Assembly: GCA_964291315.2 (NCBI GenBank)
Contig: OZ219753.1
Coordinates: 800,001 to 864,000 of the forward strand
Origin: Candidatus Poribacteria bacterium
GTDB taxonomy: Bacteria; Poribacteria; WGA-4E; WGA-3G
DNA length: 64,000 bases
Direction of reading: 5' to 3'
Below are positions 54,638 to 64,000 of the stretch, piece by piece. The position numbers and the translations under genes were made by a program. The notes under the pieces were generated by a model. It searched no databases. It was not told the origin of the DNA and saw only the letters and a program-made list of their open reading frames with translations. Every line of letters starts with the position of its first letter. The stretch's first letter is position 1.

Positions 54638-55906
54638 ATGAACTTTCAGGAAGCCTTTTCTACCGCACTTTTGGCGATATCACAGGAAAAATTTCGTTCT
54701 GTGTTAACCCTGTTAGGAATCACTATTGGAATTGCTGCGGTGCTTGCAATGCTCGCTATCGGCGATGGCGCGAAGGTTATTGTTCAGCAAGAGCTTCAAA
54801 AGTATGGCTGTGAGTTTACGGTGAGTCGGAATCCCTGGATTTGGCGTGGTGACCGAGTGATCCCCAACCGTAGCGGTGAACATTTGACGTATGAAGATGC
54901 CCTAGCAATTGAAGCCGAATCCCCTTCCGTTGCGTATGTGATTCCGAGTATTTCTTCTACGGTGCTCGCGCAAGCCGAAGAGGGAACCGCAAAATGGACC
55001 GAATATGATGGTGTTGATGCTTTCTTCCCGGTTGCGATGAATTGGAATCTTCAGCACGGGCGTTTCTTTTCGGAAGACGAGTTCGATAATCGGAGAAAGG
55101 TCTGTGTCCTTGGAAGTGAAGTAGCAACGGAATTGTTCGGCACTCAGAACCCCGTTGGAAAAGAAATCAGATTGACGAAGCAAACTAGCAGTAGAGGCAG
55201 ACCCGTGCGTTTTACTGTTGTAGGCGTAATGGTAGAGCGCGGAAGAAGCCTTCAATGGGGATTTAGTTGGGATGACATTGTGTTCCTGCCCTTGACAACC
55301 GCACAAGCTAGATTTACAGGGAAGCACCATCTCAACTATCTCCAGGTCAAAGTGAAAGGCAAAGGCAGGGAGTCTTTTGGAAAAGCCGCCGAGGAAGTAA
55401 AAGCCGTTCTCAGAAAACGACATCGGAATCAGGACAATTTTTTTGACATCAGTTTTCATACTGAAAGTATAAAATCACTCGATAAAATCAGTCGAATTCT
55501 AAAGGTCATGCTAAGCAGTATTGCGAGCTTTTCGCTCTTTGTCGGGAGCGTCGGTATTATGAACATGATGCTCGTTTCTGTGAACCAACGGACTCGGGAG
55601 ATTGGCATCCGCCGCGCCATTGGTGCCCCCCGGCGAGATATTTTCTATCAGTTTTTAATCGAGTCCGTTGTGTTGTGCTGTATGGGCGGTCTGTTTGGTA
55701 TTGGGCTAGGGATTGGTGTTGGATATGGTTGTGCAATCCTCGCTGTTAAGATAGTTAAAGTAGTTCCGCAGTGGCCGGTTGTGCTGTCTCCACAATGGAT
55801 TACAATCTCGGTAACCATTTCAGCCTGCATCGGTATTTTCTTTGGACTTTATCCCGCGGTGAAAGCCTCACAATTATCCCCTCTTGAGGCACTGAGAACA
55901 GAATGA
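54638..55906 (+). CDS. MacB/FtsX-like ABC transporter permease
   Basis: RSVLTLLGITIGIAAV, GRFF, VGSVGIMNMMLVSVNQRTREIGIRRAIGA and PLEALR. Confidence 0.92.
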   Translation: MNFQEAFSTALLAISQEKFRSVLTLLGITIGIAAVLAMLAIGDGAKVIVQQELQKYGCEFTVSRNPWIWRGDRVIPNRSGEHLTYEDALAIEAESPSVAYVIPSISSTVLAQAEEGTAKWTEYDGVDAFFPVAMNWNLQHGRFFSEDEFDNRRKVCVLGSEVATELFGTQNPVGKEIRLTKQTSSRGRPVRFTVVGVMVERGRSLQWGFSWDDIVFLPLTTAQARFTGKHHLNYLQVKVKGKGRESFGKAAEEVKAVLRKRHRNQDNFFDISFHTESIKSLDKISRILKVMLSSIASFSLFVGSVGIMNMMLVSVNQRTREIGIRRAIGAPRRDIFYQFLIESVVLCCMGGLFGIGLGIGVGYGCAILAVKIVKVVPQWPVVLSPQWITISVTISACIGIFFGLYPAVKASQLSPLEALRTE

Positions 55907-55953
55907 GATGATCTTCTATGTTCTCAGCGGTTTCTCTATTGAGAGAGGTTTTC

Positions 55954-57852
55954 TCAAACATACCCTTGAGCTTGTGCTTTGAAAAACTTGGCATAAAGCC
56001 CGCCTTTTGCTAATAATGCCTCATGACTGCCGTCCTCAACAAGAGTACCATTCTCAAGAACGAGAATCCGATCACAGGTGCGGACAGAAGACAGACGATG
56101 CGATATTAACACCGATGTGCGTCCGGTACTTCGTTGACTAAATTGTTCATAGACCGCTTGTTCTGCTAATGGGTCGAGTGCGGCGGTAGGTTCATCAAGG
56201 ACGACTAGCCACGGTGTTTCCCGCATGAAACTTCGGGCGGTCGCTAGCCGCTGCCATTCGCCGCCTGAAAGCTCGCGGCCTCCGAACGTGGGCCCTAGCA
56301 CGGCATCGTATGCTTCTGGGAGTCTGTCAATGACATCAACTGCACCCCCGGCAACAGCTGCCTCCTCCATACGCGCGGGACGCTCCACATCCCCAAAGAT
56401 AATATTATCTCGTGCGGTGAGGTGGTACTGCGTGAAGTCCTGAAACACTGCACTGCACTGCTTCATCCACTGCTGGTGATTTTCAGGAGCTAAGGGTACA
56501 TTCCCAACACGAATGACACCTGTGTCCGGACGATAGAGCCCCAGCAGTAAACGGGCCAGGGTGGTTTTACCCGCACCATTGGGGCCAACGAGTGCAACTC
56601 GCTCACCTCTTTTGAATGTCAGTGTTATGTGATTTAATGCCGGTTCTTGGGCGTTCGGATAGAAGAACGCAACGTTCTCTAACACAATGTCTGTTTTCGT
56701 ATCACTGCTATCTGGCTGCAATTCGGTTTTGGGAAAATCAGACTGCGGTTCCACAACCGATGGGGTTTTCTGTCTTGCGGCGGAGAAAGTCGGTTTCTGA
56801 GCCAGGGGGTCTGGATTCTCGTCCAAAAACGGATACAGATCGCCTGACAATCGGCGCATATCGTCTCCTATCCATTGAAAATAACTCGCAACCTCGTTCC
56901 AGATGCCATCCAGACTGATTAGGGCAGCGGCAGCGGCAATATAGGTGCCGACACTCAGTCCGCCCTGAAAAACAACACGCAATAAGAAAATAAGGGAGCA
57001 AACATACAACCCGCCGCGCATGAGGTCGATAGCAAGATGCGCCAGAAATTTCCGTCGTTCAATTGCTCGTTGTCCGTTTATCAACGCTCGCCATAATTGT
57101 TGCCAGTGCTCTATCCAAATCGCATGTGCTTGATATAACCTGACTTCCTTGCCAGCCCGCCGCTCTGTCAGGATCCCCTCTATTGCATCTCGCTCTCTCC
57201 GTTTGGGTGTCTGTTCCACGTCAAAATTGTAGACATCTGCAGCAAAACGCGAACCACTCCACCAAGACGCCGTGCCACTCACCACAGGGAGTAAAGTCAG
57301 CAACGGATGATAACGCCAGAGCACGATGCCAAGTGTTGCAACACTGATTAATTGTTGAAGGCTGTCAACGATCCACCATAGAATCTCCTCAAGTTGCTCG
57401 CCCGAGATGGCACGCGCTCGTGCTAATGCGTTCTGAAACGCGGCGGTTTGGCATTCGATGAACGGTGTTGTCTCTGCTCTCTCAACGATACGTTCGTTAA
57501 CGCTGGCTTCGATGTTTTCCCGCACATGGTGTCGCATCGGTTCGCGTAAGAGGTCTATGCTGGTGCTAACAATTCGTAAGACGATCAATCCGATGAGCCA
57601 AGGCCCCACTGTACGCAACCAGCTTGCATCGCCTATCGAGGCAGTGATTGCATTGACTAAGTGCTCTGTCACGAAGAAATCGCAGGCGGGCAGAACACCG
57701 AGGGATAATGTCAGAATCATCATGCCCAAGACGGTGATTGGGCCGCTCTGCCAAATAAGGTGCAGTGTTCGGATGTAGGTGGAGAGGCTCTCCTTGGCGG
57801 CTACGCCCCATTCCTCTACTTTTTCTTTCACATTTCGCATTGCGGTTTTCAC
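55954..57852 (-). CDS. ABC exporter, fused TMD-NBD half transporter
   Basis: GPNGAGKTT, LSGGEWQR, LDEPTAALDP and SHR. Confidence 0.92.
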   Translation of the reverse strand: MKTAMRNVKEKVEEWGVAAKESLSTYIRTLHLIWQSGPITVLGMMILTLSLGVLPACDFFVTEHLVNAITASIGDASWLRTVGPWLIGLIVLRIVSTSIDLLREPMRHHVRENIEASVNERIVERAETTPFIECQTAAFQNALARARAISGEQLEEILWWIVDSLQQLISVATLGIVLWRYHPLLTLLPVVSGTASWWSGSRFAADVYNFDVEQTPKRRERDAIEGILTERRAGKEVRLYQAHAIWIEHWQQLWRALINGQRAIERRKFLAHLAIDLMRGGLYVCSLIFLLRVVFQGGLSVGTYIAAAAALISLDGIWNEVASYFQWIGDDMRRLSGDLYPFLDENPDPLAQKPTFSAARQKTPSVVEPQSDFPKTELQPDSSDTKTDIVLENVAFFYPNAQEPALNHITLTFKRGERVALVGPNGAGKTTLARLLLGLYRPDTGVIRVGNVPLAPENHQQWMKQCSAVFQDFTQYHLTARDNIIFGDVERPARMEEAAVAGGAVDVIDRLPEAYDAVLGPTFGGRELSGGEWQRLATARSFMRETPWLVVLDEPTAALDPLAEQAVYEQFSQRSTGRTSVLISHRLSSVRTCDRILVLENGTLVEDGSHEALLAKGGLYAKFFKAQAQGYV

Positions 57853-57994
57853 TTCTCTTTACATTGTCTACAGTCAGCTGTGGTTTCTTTACTGCCGGGC
57901 GGTTGGCTATTTCGCAAAAAGTGTCAGAATGCCAAAACAGGTAAAAAGCGACCTAGACCGAAAAAGCACATGTTTTTCGTCATGTCTGCTACTT

Positions 57995-59836
57995 TCAACG
58001 GTACCAATGTGCTTGGGTGTAAAAAAGCTGTGCGTAGAGTCCTTCCCTTGCAAGCAGCTCCACATGGGTGCCGTCTTCGACAATACGCCCCCCATCTAGT
58101 ACCAAGATCCGGTCAGCGAGGCGGGCGGATCCCATTCGATGTGAGATCAAAAACGTCGTGCGCCCCGCTGCGAGTTCAATGACCCGCTCGTAGAGTTCGA
58201 GCTCGGCTTCTGGGTCCAGTGTGGCAGTTGGTTCGTCAAGCACAAGCACTTGCGGATTCCGAACCAAAGCGCGTGCTAGTACTATCTTTTGCCATTCACC
58301 ACCAGAGAGCTCGGCACCTTCACCTTCTTCACCGAGTGAAGGGTCTAGGAATGTATCCAAACCGCGTGGAAAGGACCTCAAAGTGTCCTGCAGCCCGAGT
58401 TGTGTGACGACTTGCCAAAGCGCGTCGTCGTCAATATGGAAGTTCGGGGGGCCAGGGACCAGCTCTTCCCGCACGGGTCGACGAAAACGAGTAAAATCTT
58501 GGAAAACAGCGGCACAGTTGCGTGCAAACTGATCAGGGGCAATAGACGCGACATTTACCCCATCGTAGCAGATCGTTCCAGCCTCTGGCTTATACAAACC
58601 AAGCAATAGTTTGATAAGTGTTGACTTTCCAGCTCCGTTGACCCCTACGATGCTAATTATCTCCCCGGGACACACCTGAAAATTTATGTCCTGTAGCACA
58701 TCTTCTTCGGCTTCCGGATATCGGAATCGGAGATTACGAACCGTCACGCCTTCTTGTAGCGGCTGAGGAAACCTCTCAGTTCCTGCCTGAATGCGATGCT
58801 CTTCTGCGCGTTCAAGAAAGACATGTAAATCTCGAAGCAACGGCAAATCTTCAAGTAGGTCTTGTATTTGGGTGAGTAAGGTCTCCAAATTTCCTTGGAA
58901 GGATGCCGCAGCACCCGTGAGGACAACATAATCTCCGAGCGTGAGATTGCCATCTACGATCCGCGCCGCAAGGATGCCTATCGCTATCGCATAGGCGACA
59001 AGTTCAGCGAGTGTTGTACCGATTGAGGCTCTTGCTTCCATCCAAAGCTTTGCAAGCGATTCTTTCCGCCATTTTTGATGGTTCGTTCGCCACCGTCCGA
59101 AAAGCAGATCGAAAAGTCCATAGAGTCGCACTTCCTGTCCAGAGGACGTACCGAGCAATAGGCTCAGCAGGTAGGCCATCATACGGCGGACAGGCGTTGC
59201 ATCGTAATCGTGGGTATACCCACGCTCGGCTGCCTTGACTTTGAGCCAAGCGGAGGGAAACGCGGGAAACACCACCACAAGCACAAGAAGTGGATCGGCA
59301 CGCCACAACAGGATACCGTATCCGACCAGCGTTACACAGAGCTGCCCGATCTCCGTGAGAAACCGTAGGAGATTCGTGAGACGATGGTTCAGTGCTTGCC
59401 GCGCTCGTTGTATCAAATCATATGTCTGCGGTTGATCGAAAACCACGTAATTTATATGGGTTGCGGCTTCAATCAAAGCACGCTGCTGATGGAGTCTTAT
59501 GAGGTTTTGCATATTCCACCTCAAGTATCCATCACAAGTGCCTGCTATGTTTCTGACTATCGCCAAAAGGAATAACGCAATCACCCAAGGGGCAGCGGTT
59601 TCTAAACTGGGTTGGGTTTCCTTGGAGAGAATAGCCGTAATGAGGTTCACCAGCCCCCGACTGGCCCAGAGGACCCCTATTGGGATACAACCGTGTATGA
59701 GCGTCAGAAGTGCCTGTGCGATTGCCCCAAATGGGCTGACTTGCCACGTCACGAAGAAAAAACGCCGCAACGTCTTTATGGCAGAAGGGCGATTTTCTGT
59801 TTCGGCGCTGGGGGAATTAGACGTATCGGAAACCAT
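57995..59836 (-). CDS. ABC exporter, fused TMD-NBD half transporter (partner of 55954-57852)
   Basis: GVNGAGKST, LSGGEWQK, LDEPTATLDP and SHR. Confidence 0.92.
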   Translation of the reverse strand: MVSDTSNSPSAETENRPSAIKTLRRFFFVTWQVSPFGAIAQALLTLIHGCIPIGVLWASRGLVNLITAILSKETQPSLETAAPWVIALFLLAIVRNIAGTCDGYLRWNMQNLIRLHQQRALIEAATHINYVVFDQPQTYDLIQRARQALNHRLTNLLRFLTEIGQLCVTLVGYGILLWRADPLLVLVVVFPAFPSAWLKVKAAERGYTHDYDATPVRRMMAYLLSLLLGTSSGQEVRLYGLFDLLFGRWRTNHQKWRKESLAKLWMEARASIGTTLAELVAYAIAIGILAARIVDGNLTLGDYVVLTGAAASFQGNLETLLTQIQDLLEDLPLLRDLHVFLERAEEHRIQAGTERFPQPLQEGVTVRNLRFRYPEAEEDVLQDINFQVCPGEIISIVGVNGAGKSTLIKLLLGLYKPEAGTICYDGVNVASIAPDQFARNCAAVFQDFTRFRRPVREELVPGPPNFHIDDDALWQVVTQLGLQDTLRSFPRGLDTFLDPSLGEEGEGAELSGGEWQKIVLARALVRNPQVLVLDEPTATLDPEAELELYERVIELAAGRTTFLISHRMGSARLADRILVLDGGRIVEDGTHVELLAREGLYAQLFYTQAHWYR

Positions 59837-60142
59837 TTACGGATTCTCTTTTATGAGGCCTGCATCGACAAACTGGCACAGCAGCTCTGCTATATCTGCT
59901 TTGATTTCTCAAAATCAAGCTTTTCGTAAGGTAAATTCAACTGCTGCAACTTCATAGCAAAACACTTGGAACTGTCGGGAATTTGTTGTATTCTCACTGG
60001 TTTCACATGCGCTAGCCATTTAAAATGGACACGATAGATCAAGCCGCGCTAAGGTTTAAACTTTTTTTAGCTCAGGTTAGTTTAAAGGAACGGATACTTC
60101 CGTTCTATATCCATCTAAATTTATATTGCATTCACCTTAAAA

Positions 60143-61099
60143 TCACATTTCCGTTGTGTTGTCTGTGCGCAGCACGACGTAGCTTCGATAGCGCTCAGCG
60201 TGTATTTCTCCGGTTTCAACGGCCTCTTGAATAGCACAGTCGGGCTCTGTGACATGCGCACAATCGTTGTATCTACAATCGCCGAGGTAGGGCTTCATCT
60301 CAGGGAAATAGTGTTCTAAATTTTCTGTATCAACACCCCACAACCCGATCTCGCGGATGCCAGGGGTATCGGCGACTTCGCCGCCGCAGTCTAGGGTGAA
60401 AAGTTCCACAAGGGTTGTTGTATGTCGTCCCTTCTGTGTTTTACTGCCGATTTCCGCGGTTCGTAGTTTTAAATTCGGTTGAAGTGCGTTCAACAAGCTG
60501 GATTTTCCGACCCCAGAAGCCCCGACGATCACACTGAATTTATGTTGTAGCACGTGCCGCAGTGCTTCAAGGCTCTTAAGGTCGTTGATGCTTGTATATA
60601 AAACCTGAATCCCCAATTTTTCATAATTAGCAAAAACATCAGAGAGTTCTTTTTGTTGTGTAGGGTCCACTAGATCCATTTTATTTAGACATATAATTGC
60701 TTGCATATCGCCTGCCTCCGCTAAGATCAGGAATCTGTCTAGCGTTCTAAAGTTGAGTGCGGGCATGAGTGTAGAAACAACGGCTATGATTTGATGTGCG
60801 TTGGCAACAATAACTTGTTCGATATCGCCATGTTTGCCGGCGTATTGCCGCGAGAATTTTGTCTCGCGAGGTAGAATGTCCTCTATTACGCCTTCTTCTT
60901 GATCGATCTGTGTGAAGATGACGTGGTCCCCGACAGCGGCCGGGTCTGCGTATACTCTACGTCCGGTTTGAGAACGGCGTTTCCGTTTGAGGTTGCCGCG
61001 GAGTGTGCATCGCAGGGTAAGGTCTTTGTATTGAACATCATAAAGTCCTGTTCGTGCGCGGATGACTCTGCCTTGTTCTTGTATAAGGATAAATTCCAC
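60143..61099 (-). CDS. rsgA: Ribosome small subunit-dependent GTPase A
   Basis: NKMD, GASGVGKSS, GRHTTT, DTPG and CRYNDCAHVTEPDC. Confidence 0.96.
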   Translation of the reverse strand: MEFILIQEQGRVIRARTGLYDVQYKDLTLRCTLRGNLKRKRRSQTGRRVYADPAAVGDHVIFTQIDQEEGVIEDILPRETKFSRQYAGKHGDIEQVIVANAHQIIAVVSTLMPALNFRTLDRFLILAEAGDMQAIICLNKMDLVDPTQQKELSDVFANYEKLGIQVLYTSINDLKSLEALRHVLQHKFSVIVGASGVGKSSLLNALQPNLKLRTAEIGSKTQKGRHTTTLVELFTLDCGGEVADTPGIREIGLWGVDTENLEHYFPEMKPYLGDCRYNDCAHVTEPDCAIQEAVETGEIHAERYRSYVVLRTDNTTEM

Positions 61100-61121
61100 C
61101 CCCTAAAAGTGTAAAGGTCTC

Positions 61122-61889
61122 TTAGACGTAAAACTTCATAGTTTTCAGGGCGGTCTCGACATCTTCATCAAAGTTATCAAATTTACATTCACACGAGACG
61201 CGGCCGTCATATCCAGCTGCCTGTAATGCTGCAAAGAAATTTGTAAAGTCAAACTCGTCATTTCCCGGGTAGGAGCGTTTGACAGGTTCCGCGATGTGGG
61301 CGTGTGCAAGCCACTCTGCGGCATTGATGATGTTTTGCATTGGTTCTTTTTCCTGCCACATATGGTAGAGGTCTGCTAGTACTTTGATAGGTTTGCGGTT
61401 CACTCGTTTTGCCATGGCGAGTGCGTCTGCAACTGTCCGCAGAATGTTTCCTTCTTGTGAGCAAATTGGTTCGATGACAATAGTCATGTTGTGTGTTTGT
61501 GCGTGCTCTGCTGCCATTTCTAAGAATTCTGCGATCTGTGCTAACGCCCGTTCGCGTGAGTAGCCTTCTCCTATGTTCCGTGAAGCGCTGCTTCCGTAGA
61601 CAATAATCTTGCCGCCGATTTCGCTGGCTCTGCGACAGGCGGTTTCGACATAGCGGGCTAGGCGTGGCAGGTCCACTGTATCGCCTACGACGCGCAGATC
61701 GCGCGGGATGAACCCTGAGAACGTCTCGGGGTTTAAAGGTGCGTTTGCCGCTTGATCACGGATTTTCTGAAATTCGGTTTCGTCTGCCTCCGGCATTAGC
61801 GCCGGTTGTACTCCTAATTCGATGTAGTCGTATCCAACTTCTGCAAGTCTGTTGACATTTTCTAAACTCGTACAAATTCCAAATCGCAT
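61122..61889 (-). CDS. Sugar phosphate isomerase/epimerase (D-psicose/D-tagatose 3-epimerase-like TIM barrel)
   Basis: GYDYIEL, IEP, ADLYHM, HAHIAE, YPG and SCEC. Confidence 0.85.
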   Translation of the reverse strand: MRFGICTSLENVNRLAEVGYDYIELGVQPALMPEADETEFQKIRDQAANAPLNPETFSGFIPRDLRVVGDTVDLPRLARYVETACRRASEIGGKIIVYGSSASRNIGEGYSRERALAQIAEFLEMAAEHAQTHNMTIVIEPICSQEGNILRTVADALAMAKRVNRKPIKVLADLYHMWQEKEPMQNIINAAEWLAHAHIAEPVKRSYPGNDEFDFTNFFAALQAAGYDGRVSCECKFDNFDEDVETALKTMKFYV

Positions 61890-62033
61890 GTGTTCACTCC
61901 TTAGTAGCGGGCTCCTGGGTTTTTAAGTGTTAGTAGAGCGTGTAATGGTTACGAACGTTGGTAGCGTTGACAAAGCTCTCTTCGCTTTTCTCACAGTAAA
62001 AGTTGGAAGCGAGGCGGTTTGGTGCGAGTCACT

Positions 62034-62837
62034 TTATTTTCCGAATCGTCGCTTGCGTTGGCTATAAGCGCGCAGTGCGCGAAGAAAGTCGATCTTTCGA
62101 AACGATGGCCAGTATGTGTCACAGAAGTAGAATTCTGAGTAGACGCTCTGCCAGAGCAAAAATCCGGATAGCCGGACCTCTCCACTTGTCCGGATGATTA
62201 GCTCCGGGTCGGGGAGGTCTGAGGTATAGAGATAGGGCGTTATTTTGTCCACAGTTAGTTCGTCTGCGACTTGGCAGATTGTTTTGCCGCTATCCCTTTC
62301 GGCTTTTAGGTGTCCTCGGAGTGCCTCTATAATTTCCTCGCGTCCGCCATATGCGACGGCGACGTTTAGGATAAACTTGTCGTAATGTTGGGTTGCTTCC
62401 TCTGCGTGCCGAATTGCTTCTTGAAGGCTGAGGGGTAGTAGTTCTATTTGCCCCATTGCTCGAACTTTAATTTGATTCTCATGGAGTCCCTCAATTGTGA
62501 CGAGTTCGCGCATTTTTCCTTCGATTAGTCCGAGGATACCTTCCACTTCATGTGCTGCGCGTTTAAAGTTATCAAGCGAGAATATCCAAATTGAGAAGAC
62601 TTTGATGCCTAATTCGTCACACCAATGCAGCACCTCTTCCAATTTATTTGCGCCTTCGTGGTGGCCCTTGATGACATTATCAAGTCCACTGGCTTTAGCG
62701 TAACGGCGATTGCCGTCAAGGATCACGCCAATATGCCGTGGAACGTTCCATTTATTCGCCTCGGACTCCAAACGTCTCTGATAAGCGTTGTAGAAAAATT
62801 TCTCGATTCGTTTTTTAATGTAACGGAATGGATTCAT
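62034..62837 (-). CDS. uppS: cis-Isoprenyl transferase (UppS family)
   Basis: PRHIGVILDGNRR, FSLDNFKR, YGGREEI and IIRTSGEVRLSGFLLWQ. May be a short-chain Z-prenyltransferase. Confidence 0.85.
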   Translation of the reverse strand: MNPFRYIKKRIEKFFYNAYQRRLESEANKWNVPRHIGVILDGNRRYAKASGLDNVIKGHHEGANKLEEVLHWCDELGIKVFSIWIFSLDNFKRAAHEVEGILGLIEGKMRELVTIEGLHENQIKVRAMGQIELLPLSLQEAIRHAEEATQHYDKFILNVAVAYGGREEIIEALRGHLKAERDSGKTICQVADELTVDKITPYLYTSDLPDPELIIRTSGEVRLSGFLLWQSVYSEFYFCDTYWPSFRKIDFLRALRAYSQRKRRFGK

Positions 62838-63302
62838 TTTCGCGTCCAGGTTTGTTGCGGCAAGTTGCAGATTAAAGTGCGCTCCTGAAGACCCACATGA
62901 CAAAATTTATTATATCATGTGGAAGTTATTAAGAAAAGTCTATTTTGCTACTGCAGTTTTTCTTTAGCATTCTTTGATAATTAACATCGGTTTGGCTAAC
63001 GCCTGGGCTATTCTGTTTTCTAATCTCTTCGGTTTCCCTACAAATAGTCGCGGGCAGGCGCTTATTTCTACAATAAAAGGAGTCAACGTTGGATGCATGG
63101 GTAGCATCCGGCAGAGATTATGATGTCCTATGGGGAAAACTGAATGGCTATGTCTTTAAAGGGTTGACAGGTCGTGGTTTGTGTGATAAAGTTGTTAAAA
63201 ATATGCATGAGGCCATTGTAGAATGTGGTGTTAAGCAACCCGTCTACCAATGGATTTGTAAAAAAGCAAAATCATTTCGCAGTTACCGAGGCAGTATTTT
63301 AT

Positions 63303-64000
63303 ATGAAAGATGAAACCCTTCCTTCCTTAGCAGCATCTCACATTCCTGCCCACGGTGTCACACTCAAATCTATACTTATTGCTGTTATCCTCATACCGAT
63401 TAACTGTTATTGGGTTATTGAGATGGAGGTTATCCGATATTCAGGGCATCCTGTGACGATTTCTCTCTTTTTCAACGTAATCTTTAGCCTCTTCGTGGTA
63501 ATAGGTGTGAATCAATTGTTGCGGCGTTTTCTACCGAGGCTGACCTTGGCGCAGAGCGAATTAGTAGTTGTTTACCTGATGTTATCTATTGCTTCAGGTA
63601 TCGCTGGTCATGACATGCTTGAAATTTTGGTGCCGATGTTGGGACATGCGTTCCGCTTTGCAACGCCAGAAAATGAGTGGCAGCAGTTGTTTGTGCCATT
63701 TCTCCCAGAGTGGCTTACTGTTAGTGACACAAAGCTCTTATACGGCTATTATGAAGGGGAGCTGCCCCTTTATACGGTTAGAACGTTATTGGGTTGGGCA
63801 ACTCCTGTTCTGTGGTGGACTGCTTTTATTACGTTGTTGGTTTTTGGGATGCTTTGCATTAATATAATCGTCCGAAAACAGTGGATTGAACACGAAAAGC
63901 TCAGTTATCCTATAATTCAGTTACCACTTCAATTAACAGAGACACCCCAAAATCGTCTTTTTCAAAACAGGCTGATGTGGATCGGCTTTGGGATTGCAGG
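63303..64000 (+). CDS. Polytopic membrane protein (DUF6785 / OPT-like), 3'-truncated by the window
   Basis: Open frame from ATG 63303 to the end: MKDETL...ELVVVYLML...ATPENEW...RKQWIEHEKLSYPIIQLP. Not in the ORF track because it has no stop. Confidence 0.7.
   Translation, partial: MKDETLPSLAASHIPAHGVTLKSILIAVILIPINCYWVIEMEVIRYSGHPVTISLFFNVIFSLFVVIGVNQLLRRFLPRLTLAQSELVVVYLMLSIASGIAGHDMLEILVPMLGHAFRFATPENEWQQLFVPFLPEWLTVSDTKLLYGYYEGELPLYTVRTLLGWATPVLWWTAFITLLVFGMLCINIIVRKQWIEHEKLSYPIIQLPLQLTETPQNRLFQNRLMWIGFGIA

Overview
This 64-kb window is bacterial chromosome, most likely from Candidatus Poribacteria (inferred from LamG and lamin-tail proteins with a C-terminal 'KL..TW..LK' tail, secreted WD40 proteins, PhyH, Uma2, Rpn and a DUF6785-like membrane protein). 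The + strand is strongly G/T-rich almost throughout, so segments lacking this skew stand out as recent arrivals. Main contents: (1) a ~11.4-kb co-oriented cluster of two PQQ-type beta-propellers, an EhpF/LuxE-like adenylating enzyme, an ALDH/LuxC-like reductase, an M19 amidohydrolase, an Fe-ADH, a HemN-like radical SAM enzyme and a PaaK-like CoA ligase; (2) four Rpn nuclease genes, three in a tandem array beside a Type IIG-like R-M gene, each with an internal GGAGG+ATG that could start an RpnS-type antitoxin and a variable 12-bp repeat tract; (3) an EF-Tu paralog with degenerate G-motifs; (4) a PorX-like pseudo-receiver/PglZ protein, two tandem WD40 genes and a flavin-dependent halogenase candidate; (5) tRNA-Thr and tRNA-Phe, housekeeping and transport genes (hisA, rsgA, glcD/E, uppS-like, RND, ABC, CDF); (6) IS982 remnants, IS982-type MITE ends and a GTAG-type REP family. 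No CRISPR array or rRNA was seen. All calls come from motif recognition by eye; no database searches were run.
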